Source: Eledone cirrhosa (taxonomy: Eukaryota). Taken from it: 64,000 nt of DNA. This document shows positions 36,001-51,000 of the stretch, one piece after another (the first letter of the stretch is position 1; every line of letters starts with the position of its first letter). The stretch is taken from the NCBI GenBank assembly GCA_964016885.1, contig OZ024740.1, positions 406,906,001 to 406,970,000 on the forward strand. The letters run 5' to 3'. The notes under the pieces were generated by a model. The model had not been told where the DNA came from and searched no databases. It was given only the letters and a program-made list of their open reading frames with translations. The position numbers and the translations under genes are program-made.

Positions 36001-39000
36001 TGGTACCTATTACAGACACCAGATATCAATGGAGTGTACCTCACATTGGTACCTATTACAGACACCAGATATCAATGGAGTGCACCTCACATTGGTACCT
36101 ATTACAGACACCAGATATCAATGGAGTGCACCTCACATTGGTACCTATTACAGACACCAGATATCAATGGAGTGCACCTCACATTGGTACCTATTACAGA
36201 CACCATATATCAATGGAGTGAACCTCACATTGGTACCTATTACAGACACCAGATATCAATGGAGTGCACCTCACATTGGTACCTATTACAGACACCAGAT
36301 ATCAATGGAGTGTACCTCACATTAGTACCTATTACAGACACCAGATACCAATGGAGTGCACCTCACATTGGTACCTATTACAGCCACCAGATATCAATGG
36401 AGTGCACCTCACATTGGTACCTATTACAGACACCAGATATCAATGGAGTGCACCTCACATTGGTACCTATTACAGACACCAGATATCAATGGAGTGCACC
36501 TCATATTGGTACCTATTACGGACACCAGATATCAATGGAGTACACTTCACATTAGTACCTATTACAGACACCAGATATCAATGGAGTGCACCTCACATTG
36601 GTACCTATTACAGACACCAGATATCAATGGAGTGCACCTCACATTGGTACCTATTACAGACACCAGATATCAATGGAGTGCACCTCTCATTGGTACCTAT
36701 TACAGACACCAGATATCAATGGAGTGCACCTCACATTAGTACCTATTACAGACACCAGATATCAATGGAGTGCACCTCATATTGGTACCTATTACAGACA
36801 CCAGATATCAATGGAGTGCACCTCACATTGGTACCTATTACAGACACCAGATATCAATGGAGTGCACCTCACATTGGTACCTATTACAGACACCAGATAT
36901 CAATGGAGTGCACCTCACACTGGTACCTATTACAGACACCAGATATTAATGGAGTGCACCTCACACTGGTACCTATTACAGACACCAGATATCAATGGAG
37001 TGCACCTCACATTGGTACCTATTACAGACACCAGATATCAATGGAGTGCACCTCACATTGGTACCTATTACAGACACCAGATATCAATGGAGTGCACCTT
37101 ACATTGGTACCTATTACAGACACCAGATATCAATGGAGTGCACCTTACATTGGTACCTATTACAGACACCAGATATCAATGGAGTACACCTCACATTGGT
37201 ACCTATTACAGACACCAGATATCAATGGAGTGCACCTCACATTGGTACCTATTACAGACACCAGATATCAATGGAGTGCACCTCACATTGGTACCTATTA
37301 CAGACACCAGATATCAATGGAGTGCACCTCACATTGGTACCTATTACAGACACCAGATATCAATGGAGTGCACCTCACATTGGTACCTATTACAGACACC
37401 AGATATCAATGGAGTGCACCTCACATTGGTACCTATTACAGACACCAGATATCAATGGAGTGCACCTCACATTGGTACCTATTACAGACACCAGATATCA
37501 ATGGAGTGCACCTCACATTGGTACCTATTGCAGACACCAGATATCAATGGAGTGCACCTCACATTGGTACCTATTACAGACACCAGATACCAATGGAGTG
37601 CACCTCACATTTGTACCTATTACAGACACCAGATACCAATGGAGTGCACCTCACATTGGTACCTATTACAGACACCAGATATCAATGGAGTGCACCTCAC
37701 ATTGCTACCTATTACAGACACCAGATACCAATGGAGTGCACCTGACATTGGTACCTATTACAGACACCAGATATCAATGGAGTGCACCTCACATTGGTAC
37801 CTATTACAGACACCAGATACCAATGGAGTGCACCTCACATTGGTACCTATTACAGACACCAGATATCAATGGAGTGCACCTCACATTGGTACCTATTACA
37901 GACACCAGATATCAATGGAGTGCACCTCACATTGTTACCTATTACAGACACCAGATATCAATGGAGTGCACCTCACATTGGTACCTATTACAGACACCAG
38001 ATATCAATGGAGTGCACCTCTCATTGGTACCTATTACAGACACCAGATATCAATGGAGTGCACCTCACATTAGTACCTATTACAGACACCAGATATCAAT
38101 GGAGTGCACCTCACATTGGTACCTATTACAGACACCAGATATCAATGGAGTGCACCTCACATTGGTACCTATTACAGACACCAGATATCAATGGAGTGCA
38201 CCTCACATTGGTACCTATTACAGACACCAGATATCAATGGAGTGCACCTCACACTGGTACCTATTACAGACACCAGATATCAATGGAGTGCACCTCACAC
38301 TGGTACCTATTACAGACACCAGATATCAATGGAGTGCACCTCACCTTGGTACCTATTACAGACACCAGATATCAATGGAGTGCACCTCACATTGGTACCT
38401 ATTACAGACACCAGATATCAATGGAGTGCACCTTACATTGGTACTTATTACAGACACCAGATATCAATGGAGTGCACCTCACATTGGTACCTATTACAGA
38501 CACCATATATCAATGGAGTGTACCTCACATTCGTACATATTACAGATACCAGATATCAATAGAGTACACCTCACATTGATACCTATTACAGACACCAGAT
38601 ATCAATGGAGTGCACCTCACATTGGTACCTATTACAGACACCAGATATCAATGGAGGGCACCTCACATTGGTACCTATTACAGACACCAGATATCAATGG
38701 AGTGCACCTCACATTGGTACCTATTACAGACACCAGATATCAATGGAGTGCACCACACATTGGTACCTATTACAGACACCAGATATCAATGGAGTGCACC
38801 TCACATTGGTACATATTACAGACACCAGATATCAATGGAGTGCACCTCACATTGGTACCTATTACAGACACCAGATATCAATGCAGTGCACCTCACATTG
38901 GTACCTATTACAGACACCAGATATCAATGGAGTACACCTCACATTGGTACCTATTATAGACACCAGATATCAATGGAGTGCACCTCACGTTGGTACCTAT

Positions 39001-42000
39001 TACAGACACCAGATATCAATGGAGTGCACCTCACATTGGTACCTATTACAGACACCATATATCAATGGAGTGTACCTCACATTGGTACCTATTACAGACA
39101 CCAGATACCAATGGAGTGCACCTCACATTGGTACATATTACAGATACCAGATATCAATGGAGTGCACCTCACATTGGTACCTATTACAGACACCAGATAT
39201 CAATGGAGTGCACCTCACATTGGTACCTATTACAGACACCAGATATCAATGGAGTGCACCTCACATTGGTACCTATTACAGACACCAGATATCAATGGAG
39301 TGCACCTCACCTTGGTACCTATTACAGACACCAGATATCAATGGAGTGCACCTCACATTGGTACCTATTACAGACACCAGATATCAATGGAGTGCACCTC
39401 ACATTGGTACCTATTACAGACACCAGATATCAATGGAGTGCACCTCACATTGGTACCTATTACAGACACCAGATATCAATGGAATGCATCTCACACTGGT
39501 ACATATTACGGACAGCAGATATCAATGGAGTGCACCTCATATTGGTACCTATTACAGACACCAGATATCAATGGAGTGCACCTCACATTGGTACCTATTA
39601 CAGACACCAGATATCAATGGAGTGCACCTCACATTGGTACCTATTACAGACACCAGATATCAACGGAGTGCACCTCACACTGGTACCTATTACAGACACC
39701 AGATATCAACGGAGTGCACCTCACATTGGTACCTATTACAGACACCATATATCAATGGAGTGCACCTCACACTGGTACCTATTACAGACACCAGATATCA
39801 ATGGAGTGCACCTTACATTGGTATCTATTACAGACACCAGATATCAATGGAGTGCACCTTACATTGGTACTTATTACAGACACCAGATATCAATGGAGTG
39901 CACCTCACATTGGTACCTATTACAGACACCATATATCAATAGAGTGTACCTCACATTCGTACATATTACAGATACCAGATATCAATAGAGTACACCTCAC
40001 ATTGGTACCTATTACAGACACCAGATATCAATGGAGTGCACCTCACATTGGTACCTATTACAGACACCAGATATCAATGGAGGGCACCTCACATTGGTAC
40101 CTATTACAGACACCAGATATCAATGGAGTGCACCTCACATTGGTACCTATTACAGACACCAGATATCAATGGAGTGCACCACACATTGGTACCTATTACA
40201 GACACCAGATATCAATGGAGTGCACCTCACATTGGTACATATTACAGACACCAGATATCAATGGAGTGCACCTCACATTGGTACCTATTACAGACACCAG
40301 ATATCAATGCAGTGCACCTCACATTGGTACCTATTACAGACACCAGATATCAATGGAGTACACCTCACATTGGTACCTATTATAGACACCAGATATCAAT
40401 GGAGTGCACCTCACGTTGGTACCTATTACAGACACCAGATATCAATGGAGTGCACCTCACATTGGTACCTATTACAGACACCATATATCAATGGAGTGTA
40501 CCTCACATTGGTACCTATTACAGACACCAGATACCAATGGAGTGCACCTCACATTGGTACATATTACAGATACCAGATATCAATGGAGTGCACCTCACAT
40601 TGGTACCTATTACAGACACCAGATATCAATGGAGTGCACCTCACATTGGTACCTATTACAGACACCAGATATCAATGGAGTGCACCTCACATTGGTACCT
40701 ATTACAGACACCAGATATCAATGGAGTGCACCTCACCTTGGTACCTATTACAGACACCAGATATCAATGGAGTGCACCTCACATTGGTAACTATTACAGA
40801 CACCAGATATCAATGGAGTGCACCTCACATTGGTACCTATTACAGACACCAGATATCAATGGAGTGCACCTCACATTGGTACCTATTACAGACACCAGAT
40901 ATCAATGGAGTGCACCTCACACTGGTACATATTACGGACAGCAGATATCAATGGAGTGCACCTCATATTGGTACCTATTACAGACACCAGATATAAACGG
41001 AGTGCACCTCACATTGGTACCTATTACAGACACCATATATCAATGGAGTGCACCTCACATTGGTACCTATTACAGACACCAGATATCAATGGAGTGCACC
41101 TCACATTGGTACCTATTACAGACACCAGATATGAATGGAGTACACCTCACATTGATACCTATTACAGACACCAGATATCAATGGAGTGCACCTCACACTG
41201 GTACCTATTACAGACACCAGATATCAATGGAGTGCACCTCACATTGGTACCTATTACAGACACCAGATATCAATGGAGTGCACCTCACATTGGTACCTAT
41301 TACAGACACCAGATATCAATGGAGTGCACCTCACATTGGTACCTATTACAGACACCAGATATCAATGGAGTGCACCTCACATTGGTACCTATTACAGACA
41401 CCAGATATCAATGGAGTGCACCTCACATTGGTACCTATTACAGACACCAGATATCAATGGAGTGCACCTCATATTGGTACCTATTACAGACACCAGATAT
41501 CAATGGAGTGCACCTTACATTGGTACCTATTACAGACACCAGATATCAATGGAGTGCACCTTACATTGGTACCTATTACAGACACCAGATATCAATGGAG
41601 TACACCTCACATTGGTACCTATTACAGACACCAGATATCAATGGAGTGCACCTCACATTGGTACCTATTACAGACACCAGATATCAATGGAGTGCACCTC
41701 ACATTGGTACCTATTACAGACACCAGATATCAATGGAGTGCACCTCACATTGGTACCTATTACAGACACCAGATATCAATGGAGTGCACCTCACATTGGT
41801 ACCTATTACAGACACCAGATATCAATGGAGTGCACCTCACATTGGTACCTATTACAGACACCAGATATCAATGGAGTGCACCTCACATTGGTACCTATTA
41901 CAGACACCAGATATCAATGGAGTGCACCTCACATTGGTACCTATTACAGACACCAGATATCAATGGAGTGCACCTCACATTGGTACCTATTACAGACACC

Positions 42001-45000
42001 AGATACCAATGGAGTGCACCTCACATTGGTACCTATTACAGACACCAGATACCAATGGAGTGCACCTCACATTGGTACCTATTACAGACACCAGATATCA
42101 ATGGAGTGCACCTCACATTGCTACCTATTACAGACACCAGATACCAATGGAGTGCACCTGACATTGGTACCTATTACAGACACCAGATATCAATGGAGTG
42201 CACCTCACATTGGTACCTATTACAGACACCAGATACCAATGGAGTGCACCTCACATTGGTACCTATTACAGACACCAGATATCAATGGAGTGCACCTCAC
42301 ATTGGTACCTATTACAGACACCAGATATCAATGGAGTGCACCTCACATTGGTACCTATTACAGACACCAGATATCAATGGAGTGCACCTCACATTGGTAC
42401 CTATTACAGACACCAGATATCAATGGAGTGCACCTCACACTGGTACCTATTACAGACACCAGATATCAATGGAGTGCACCTCACATTGGTACCTATTACA
42501 GACACCAGATATCAATGGAGTGCACCTCACATTGGTACCTATTACAGACACCAGATATCAATAGAGTACACCTCACATTGGTACCTATTACAGACACCAG
42601 ATATCAATGGAGTGCACCTCACATTGGTACCTATTACAGACACCAGATATCAATGGAGGGCACCTCACATTTGTACCTATTACAGACACCAGATATCAAT
42701 GGAGTGCACCTCACATTGGTACCTATTACAGACACCAGATATCAATGGAGTGCACCACACATTGGTACCTATTACAGACACCAGATATCAATGGAGTGCA
42801 CCTCACATTGGTACATATTACAGACACCAGATATCAATGGAGTGCACCTCACATTGGTACCTATTACAGACACCAGATATCAATGCAGTGCACCTCACAT
42901 TGGTACCTATTACAGACACCAGATATCAATGGAGTACACCTCACATTGGTACCTATTATAGACACCAGATATCAATGGAGTGCACCTCACGTTGGTACCT
43001 ATTACAGACACCAGATATCAATGGAGTGCACCTCACATTGGTACCTATTACGTACAGCAGATATCAATGGAGTGCACCTCATATTGGTACCTATTACAGA
43101 CAACAGATATCAACGGAGTGCACCTCACATTGGTACCTATTACAGACACCATATATCAATGGAGTTCACCTCACATTGGTACCTATTACAGACACCAGAT
43201 ATCAATGGAGTGCACCTCACATTGGTACCTATTACAGACACCAGATATGAATGGAGTACACCTCACATTGATACCTATTACAGACACCAGATATCAATGG
43301 AGTGCACCTCACACTGGTACCTATTACAGACACAAGATATCAATGGAGTGCACCTCACATTGGTACCTATTACAGACACCAGATATCAATGGAGTGCACC
43401 TCACATTGGTACCTATTACAGACACCAGATATCAATGGAGTGCACCTCACATTGGTACCTATTACAGACACCAGATATCAATGGAGTGCACCTCACATTG
43501 GTACCTATTACAGACACCAGATATCAATGGAGTGCACCTCACATTGGTACCTATTACAGACACCAGATATCAATGGAGTGCACCTCATATTGGTACCTAT
43601 TACAGACACCAGATATCAATGGAGTGCACCTTACATTGGTACCTATTACAGACACCAGATATCAATGGAGTGCACCTTACATTGGTACCTATTACAGACA
43701 CCAGATATCAATGGAGTACACCTCACATTGGTACCTATTACAGACACCAGATATCAATGGAGTGCACCTCACATTGGTACCTATTACAGACACCAGATAT
43801 GAATGGAGTACACCTCACATTGATACCTATTACAGACACCAGATATCAATGGAGTGCACCTCACACTGGTACCTATTACAGACACCAGATATCAATGGAG
43901 TGCACCTCACATTGGTACCTATTACAGACACCAGATATCAATGGAGTGCACCTCACATTGGTACCTATTACAGACACCAGATATCAATGGAGTGCACCTC
44001 ACATTGGTACCTATTACAGACACCAGATATCAATGGAGTGCACCTCACATTGGTACCTATTACAGACACCAGATATCAATGGAGTGCACCTCACCTTGGT
44101 ACCTATTACAGACACCAGATATCAATGGAGTGCACCTCATATTGGTACCTATTACAGACACCAGATATCAATGGAGTGCACCTTACATTGGTACCTATTA
44201 CAGACACCAGATATCAATGGAGTGCACCTTACATTGGTACCTATTACAGACACCAGATATCAATGGAGTACACCTCACATTGGTACCTATTACAGACACC
44301 AGATATCAATGGAGTGCACCTAACATTGGTACCTATTACAGACACCAGATATCAATGGAGTGCACCTCACATTGGTACCTATTACAGACACCAGATATCA
44401 ATGGAGTGCACCTCACATTGGTACCTATTACAGACACCAGATATCAATGGAGTGCACCTCACATTGGTACCTATTACAGACACCAGATATCAATGGAGTG
44501 CACCTCACATTGGTACCTATTACAGACACCAGATATCAATGGAGTGCACCTCACATTGGTACCTATTACAGACACCAGATATCAATGGAGTGCACCTCAC
44601 ATTGGTACCTATTACAGACACCAGATATCAATGGAGTGCACCTCACATTGGTACCTATTACAGACACCAGATACCAATGGAGTGCACCTCACATTGGTAC
44701 CTATTACAGACACCAGATACCAATGGAGTGCACCTCACATTGGTACCTATTACAGACACCAGATATCAATGGAGTGCACCTCACATTGCTACCTATTACA
44801 GACACCAGATACCAATGGAGTGCACCTGACATTGGTACCTATTACAGACACCAGATATCAATGGAGTGCACCTCACATTGGTACCTATTACAGACACCAG
44901 ATACCAATGGAGTGCACCTCACATTGGTACCTATTACAGACACCAGATATCAATGGAGTGCACCTCACATTGGTACCGATTACAGACACCAGATATCAAT

Positions 45001-48000
45001 GGAGTGCACCTCACATTGTTACCTATTACAGACACCAGATATCAATGGAGTGCACCTCACATTGGTACCTATTACAGACACCAGATGTCAATGGAGTGCA
45101 CCTTACATTGGTACTTATTACAGACACCAGATATCAATGGAGTGCACCTCACATTGGTACCTATTACAGACACCATATATCAATGGAGTGTACCTCACAT
45201 TCGTACATATTACAGATACCAGATATCAATAGAGTACACCTCACATTGGTACCTATTACAGACACCAGATATCAATGGAGTGCACCTCACATTGGTACCT
45301 ATTACAGACACCAGATATCAATGGAGTGCACCTCACATTGGTACCTATTACAGACACCAGATATCAATGGAGTGCACCACACATTGGTACCTATTACAGA
45401 CACCAGATATCAATGGAGTGCACCTCACATTGGTACATATTACAGACACCAGATATCAATGGAGTGCACCTCACATTGGTACCTATTACAGACACCAGAT
45501 ATCAATGCAGTGCACCTCACATTGGTACCTATTACAGACACCAGATATCAATGGAGTACACCTCACATTGGTACCTATTATAGACACCAGATATCAATGG
45601 AGTGCACCTCACGTTGGTACCTATTACAGACACCAGATATCAATGGAGTGCACCTCACATTGGTACCTATTACAGACACCATATATCAATGGAGTGTACC
45701 TCACATTGGTACCTATTACAGACACCAGATACCAATGGAGTGCACCTCACATTGGTACATATTACAGATACCAGATATCAATGGAGTGCACCTCACATTG
45801 GTACCTATTACAGACACCAGATATCAATGGAGTGCACCTCACATTGGTACCTATTACAGACACCAGATATCAATGGAGTGCACCTCACATTGGTACCTAT
45901 TACAGACACCAGATATCAATGGAGTGCACCTCACATTGGTACCTATTACAGACACCAGATATCAATGGAGTACACCTCACTTTGGTACCTATTATAGACA
46001 CCAGATATCAATGGAGTGCACCTCACGTTGGTACCTATTACAGACACCAGATATCAATGGAGTGCACCTCACATTGGTACCTATTACGTACAGCAGATAT
46101 CAATGGAGTGCACCTCATATTGGTACCTATTACAGACACCAGATATCAATGGAGTGCACCTTACATTGGTACCTATTACAGACACCAGATATCAATGGAG
46201 TGCACCTTACATTGGTACCTATTACAGACACCAGATATCAATGGAGTACACCTCACATTGGTACCTATTACAGACACCAGATATCAATGGAGTGCACCTC
46301 ACATTGGTACCTATTACAGACACCAGATATGAATGGAGTACACCTCACATTGATACCTATTACAGACACCAGATATCAATGGAGTGCACCTCACACTGGT
46401 ACCTATTACAGACACCAGATATCAATGGAGTGCACCTCACATTGGTACCTATTACAGACACCAGATATCAATGGAGTGCACCTCACATTGGTACCTATTA
46501 CAGACACCAGATATCAATGGAGTGCACCTCACATTGGTACCTATTACAGACACCAGATATCAATGGAGTGCACCTCACATTGGTACCTATTACAGACACC
46601 AGATATCAATGGAGTGCACCTCACATTGGTACCTATTACAGACACCAGATATCAATGGAGTGCACCTCATATTGGTACCTATTACAGACACCAGATATCA
46701 ATGGAGTGCACCTTACATTGGTACCTATTACAGACACCAGATATCAATGGAGTGCACCTTACATTGGTACCTATTACAGACACCAGATATCAATGGAGTA
46801 CACCTCACATTGGTACCTATTACAGACACCAGATATCAATGGAGTGCACCTCACATTGGTACCTATTACAGACACCAGATATCAATGGAGTGCACCTCAC
46901 ATTGGTACCTATTACAGACACCAGATATCAATGGAGTGCACCTCACATTGGTACCTATAGACACCAGATAATCAATGGAGTGCACCTCACATTGGTACCT
47001 ATTACAGACACCAGATACCAATGGAGTGCACCTCACATTGGTACCTATTACAGACACCAGATACCAATGGAGTGCACCCCACATTGGTACCTATTACAGA
47101 CACCAGATATCAATGGAGTGCACCTCACATTGGTACCTATTACAGACACCAGATATCAATGGAGTGCACCTCACATTGGTACCTATTACAGACACCAGAT
47201 ATCAATGGAGTGCACCTCACATTGGTACCTATTACAGACACCAGATATCAATGGAGTGCACCTCACATTGGTACCTATTACAGACACCAGGTACCAATGG
47301 AGTGCACCTCACATTGGTACCTATTACAGACACCAGATATCAATGGAGTGCACCTCACATTGGTACCTATTACAGACACCAGATATCAATGGAGTGCAGC
47401 CTCACATTGGTACCTATTACAGACACCAGATATCAATGGAGTGCACCTCACATTGGTACCTATTACAGACACCAGATTCCAATGGAGTGCACCTCACATT
47501 GGTACCTATTACAGACACCAGATATCAATGGAGTGCACCTCACATTGGTACCTATTACAGACACCAGATATCAATGGAGTGCACCTCACATTGGTACCTA
47601 TTACAGACACCAGATATCGAATGGAGTGCACCTCACATTGGTACCTATTTCAGACACCAGATATCAATGGAGTGCACCTCACACTGGTACCTATTACAGA
47701 CACCAGATTCCAATGGAGTGCACCTCACATTGGTACCTATTACAGACACCAGATATCAATGGAGTGCACCTCACATTGGTACCTATTACAGACACCATAT
47801 ATCAATGGAGTGCACCTCACTTTGGTACCTATTACAGACACCAGATATCAATGGAGTGCACCTCACATTGGTACCTATTACAGACACCAGATACCAATGG
47901 AGTGCACCTCACATTGGTACCTATTAAAGACACCAGATATCAATGGAGTGCACCTCACATTGGTACCTATTACAGACACCAGATATCAATGGAGTGCACC

Positions 48001-51000
48001 TCACATTGGTACCTATTACAGACACCATATATCAATGGAGTGCACCTCACTTTGGTACCTATTACAGACACCAGATATCAATGGAGTGCACCTCACATTG
48101 GTACCTATTACAGACACCAGATATCAATGGAGTGCACCTCACATTGGTACCTATTACAGACACCAGATACCAATGGAGTGCACCTCACATTGGTACCTAT
48201 TACAGACACCAGATACCAATGGAGTGCACCTCACATTGGTACCTATTACAGACACCAGATATCAATGGAGTGCACCTCACATTGGTACCTATTACAGACA
48301 CCAGATACCAATGGAGTGCACCTCACATTGGTACCTATTACAGACACCATATATCAATGGAGTGCACCTCACATTGGTACCTATTACAGACACCAGATAT
48401 CAATGGAGTGCACCTCACATTGGTACCTATTACAGACACCAGATATCAATGGAGTGCACCTCACATTGGTACCTATTAAAGACACCAGATATCAATGGAG
48501 TGCACCTCACATTGGTACCTATTACAGACACCAGATATCAATGGAGTGCACCTCACATTGGTACCTATTACAGACACCAGATATCAATGGAGTGCACCTC
48601 ACATTGGTACCTATTACAGACACCAGATACCAATGGAGTGCACCTCACATTGGTACCTATTACAGACACCAGATACCAATGGAGTGCACCTCACATTGGT
48701 ACCTATTATAGACACCAGATATCAATGGAGTGCACCTCACATTGCTACCTATTACAGACACCAGATACCAATGGAGTGCACCTCACATTGGTACCTATTA
48801 CAGACACCAGATATCAATGGAGTGCACCTCACATTGGTACCTATTACAGACACCAGATACCAATGGAGTGCACCTCACATTGGTACCTATTACAGACACC
48901 AGATACCAATGGAGTGCACCTCACATTGGTACCTATTACAGACACCAGATATCAATGGAGTGCACCTCACATTGGTACCTATTACAGACACCAGATATCA
49001 ATGGAGTGCACCTCACATTGGTACCTATTACAGACACCAGATACCAATGGAGTGCACCTCACATTGGTACCTATTACAGACACCAGATACCAATGGAGTG
49101 CACCTCACATTGGTACCTATTACAGACACCAGATATCAATGGAGTGCACCTGACATTGGTACCTATTACAGACACCAGATACCAATGGAGTGCACCTCAC
49201 ATTGGTACCTATTACAGACACCATATATCAATGGAGTGCACCTCACATTGGTACCTATTACAGACACCAGATATCAATGGAGTGCACCTCACATTGGTAC
49301 CTATTACAGACACCAGATATCAATGGAGTGCACCTCACATTGGTACCTATTAAAGACACCAGATATCAATGGAGTGCACCTCACATTGGTACCTATTACA
49401 GACACCAGATATCAATGGAGTGCACCTCACATTGGTACCTATTACAGACACCAGATATCAATGGAGTGCACCTCACATTGGTACCTATTACAGACACCAG
49501 ATATCAATGGAGTGCACCTCACATTGGTACCTATTACAGACACCAGATACCAATGGAGTGCACCTCACATTGGTACCTATTACAGACACCAGATATCAAT
49601 GGAGTGCACCTCACATTGGTACCTATTACAGACACCAGATATCAATGGAGTGCACCTCACATTGGTACCTATTACAGACACCAGATATCAATGGAGTGCA
49701 CCAAACATTGGTACCTATTACAGACACCATATATCAATGGAGTGCACCTCACATTGGTACCTATTACAGACACCAGATATCAATGGAGTGCACCTCACAT
49801 TGGTACCTATTACAGACACCAGATATCAATGGAGTGCACCTCACATTGGTACCTATTACAGACACCAGATACCAATGGAGTGCACCTCACATTGGTACCT
49901 ATTACAGACACCAGATACCAATGGAGTGCACCTCACATTGGTACCTATTACAGACACCAGATATCAATGGAGTGCACCTCACATTGGTACCTATTACAGA
50001 CACCAGATACCAATGGAGTGCACCTCACATTGGTACCTATTACAGACACCATATATCAATGGAGTGCACCTCACATTGGTACCTATTACAGACACCAGAT
50101 ATCAATGGAGTGCACCTCACATTGGTACCTATTACAGACACCAGATATCAATGGAGTGCACCTCACATTGGTACCTATTAAAGACACCAGATATCAATGG
50201 AGTGCACCTCACATTGGTACCTATTACAGACACCAGATATCAATGGAGTGCACCTCACATTGGTACCTATTACAGACACCAGATATCAATGGAGTGCACC
50301 TCACATTGGTACCTATTACAGACACCAGATATCAATGGAGTGCACCTCACATTGGTACCTATTACAGACACCAGATACCAATGGAGTGCACCTCACATTG
50401 GTACCTATTAAAGACACCAGATATCAATGGAGTGCACCTCACATTGGTACCTATTACAGACACCAGATATCAATGGAGTGCACCTCACATTGGTACCTAT
50501 TACAGACACCATATATCAATGGAGTGCACCTCACATTGGTACCTATTACAGACACCAGATATCAATGGAGTGCACCTCACATTGGTACCTATTACAGACA
50601 CCAGATATCAATGGAGTGCACCTCAAATTGGTACCTATTAAAGACACCAGATATCAATGGAGTGCACCTCACATTGGTACCTATTACAGACACCAGATAT
50701 CAATGGAGTGCACCTCACATTGGTACCTATTACAGACACCAGATATCAATGGAGTGCACCTCACATTGGTACCTATTACAGACACCAGATATCAATGGAG
50801 TGCACCTCACATTGGTACCTATTACAGACACCAGATACCAATGGAGTGCACCTCACATTGGTACCTATTACAGACACCAGATACCAATGGAGTGCACCTC
50901 ACATTGGTACCTATTACAGACACCAGATATCAATGGAGTGCACCTCACATTGCTACCTATTACAGACACCAGATACCAATGGAGTGCACCTCACATTGGT

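Noticed and set aside
46866-47084. The single minus-strand ORF in the satellite
   Set aside because: It exists only because the local indels skip the stop codons.
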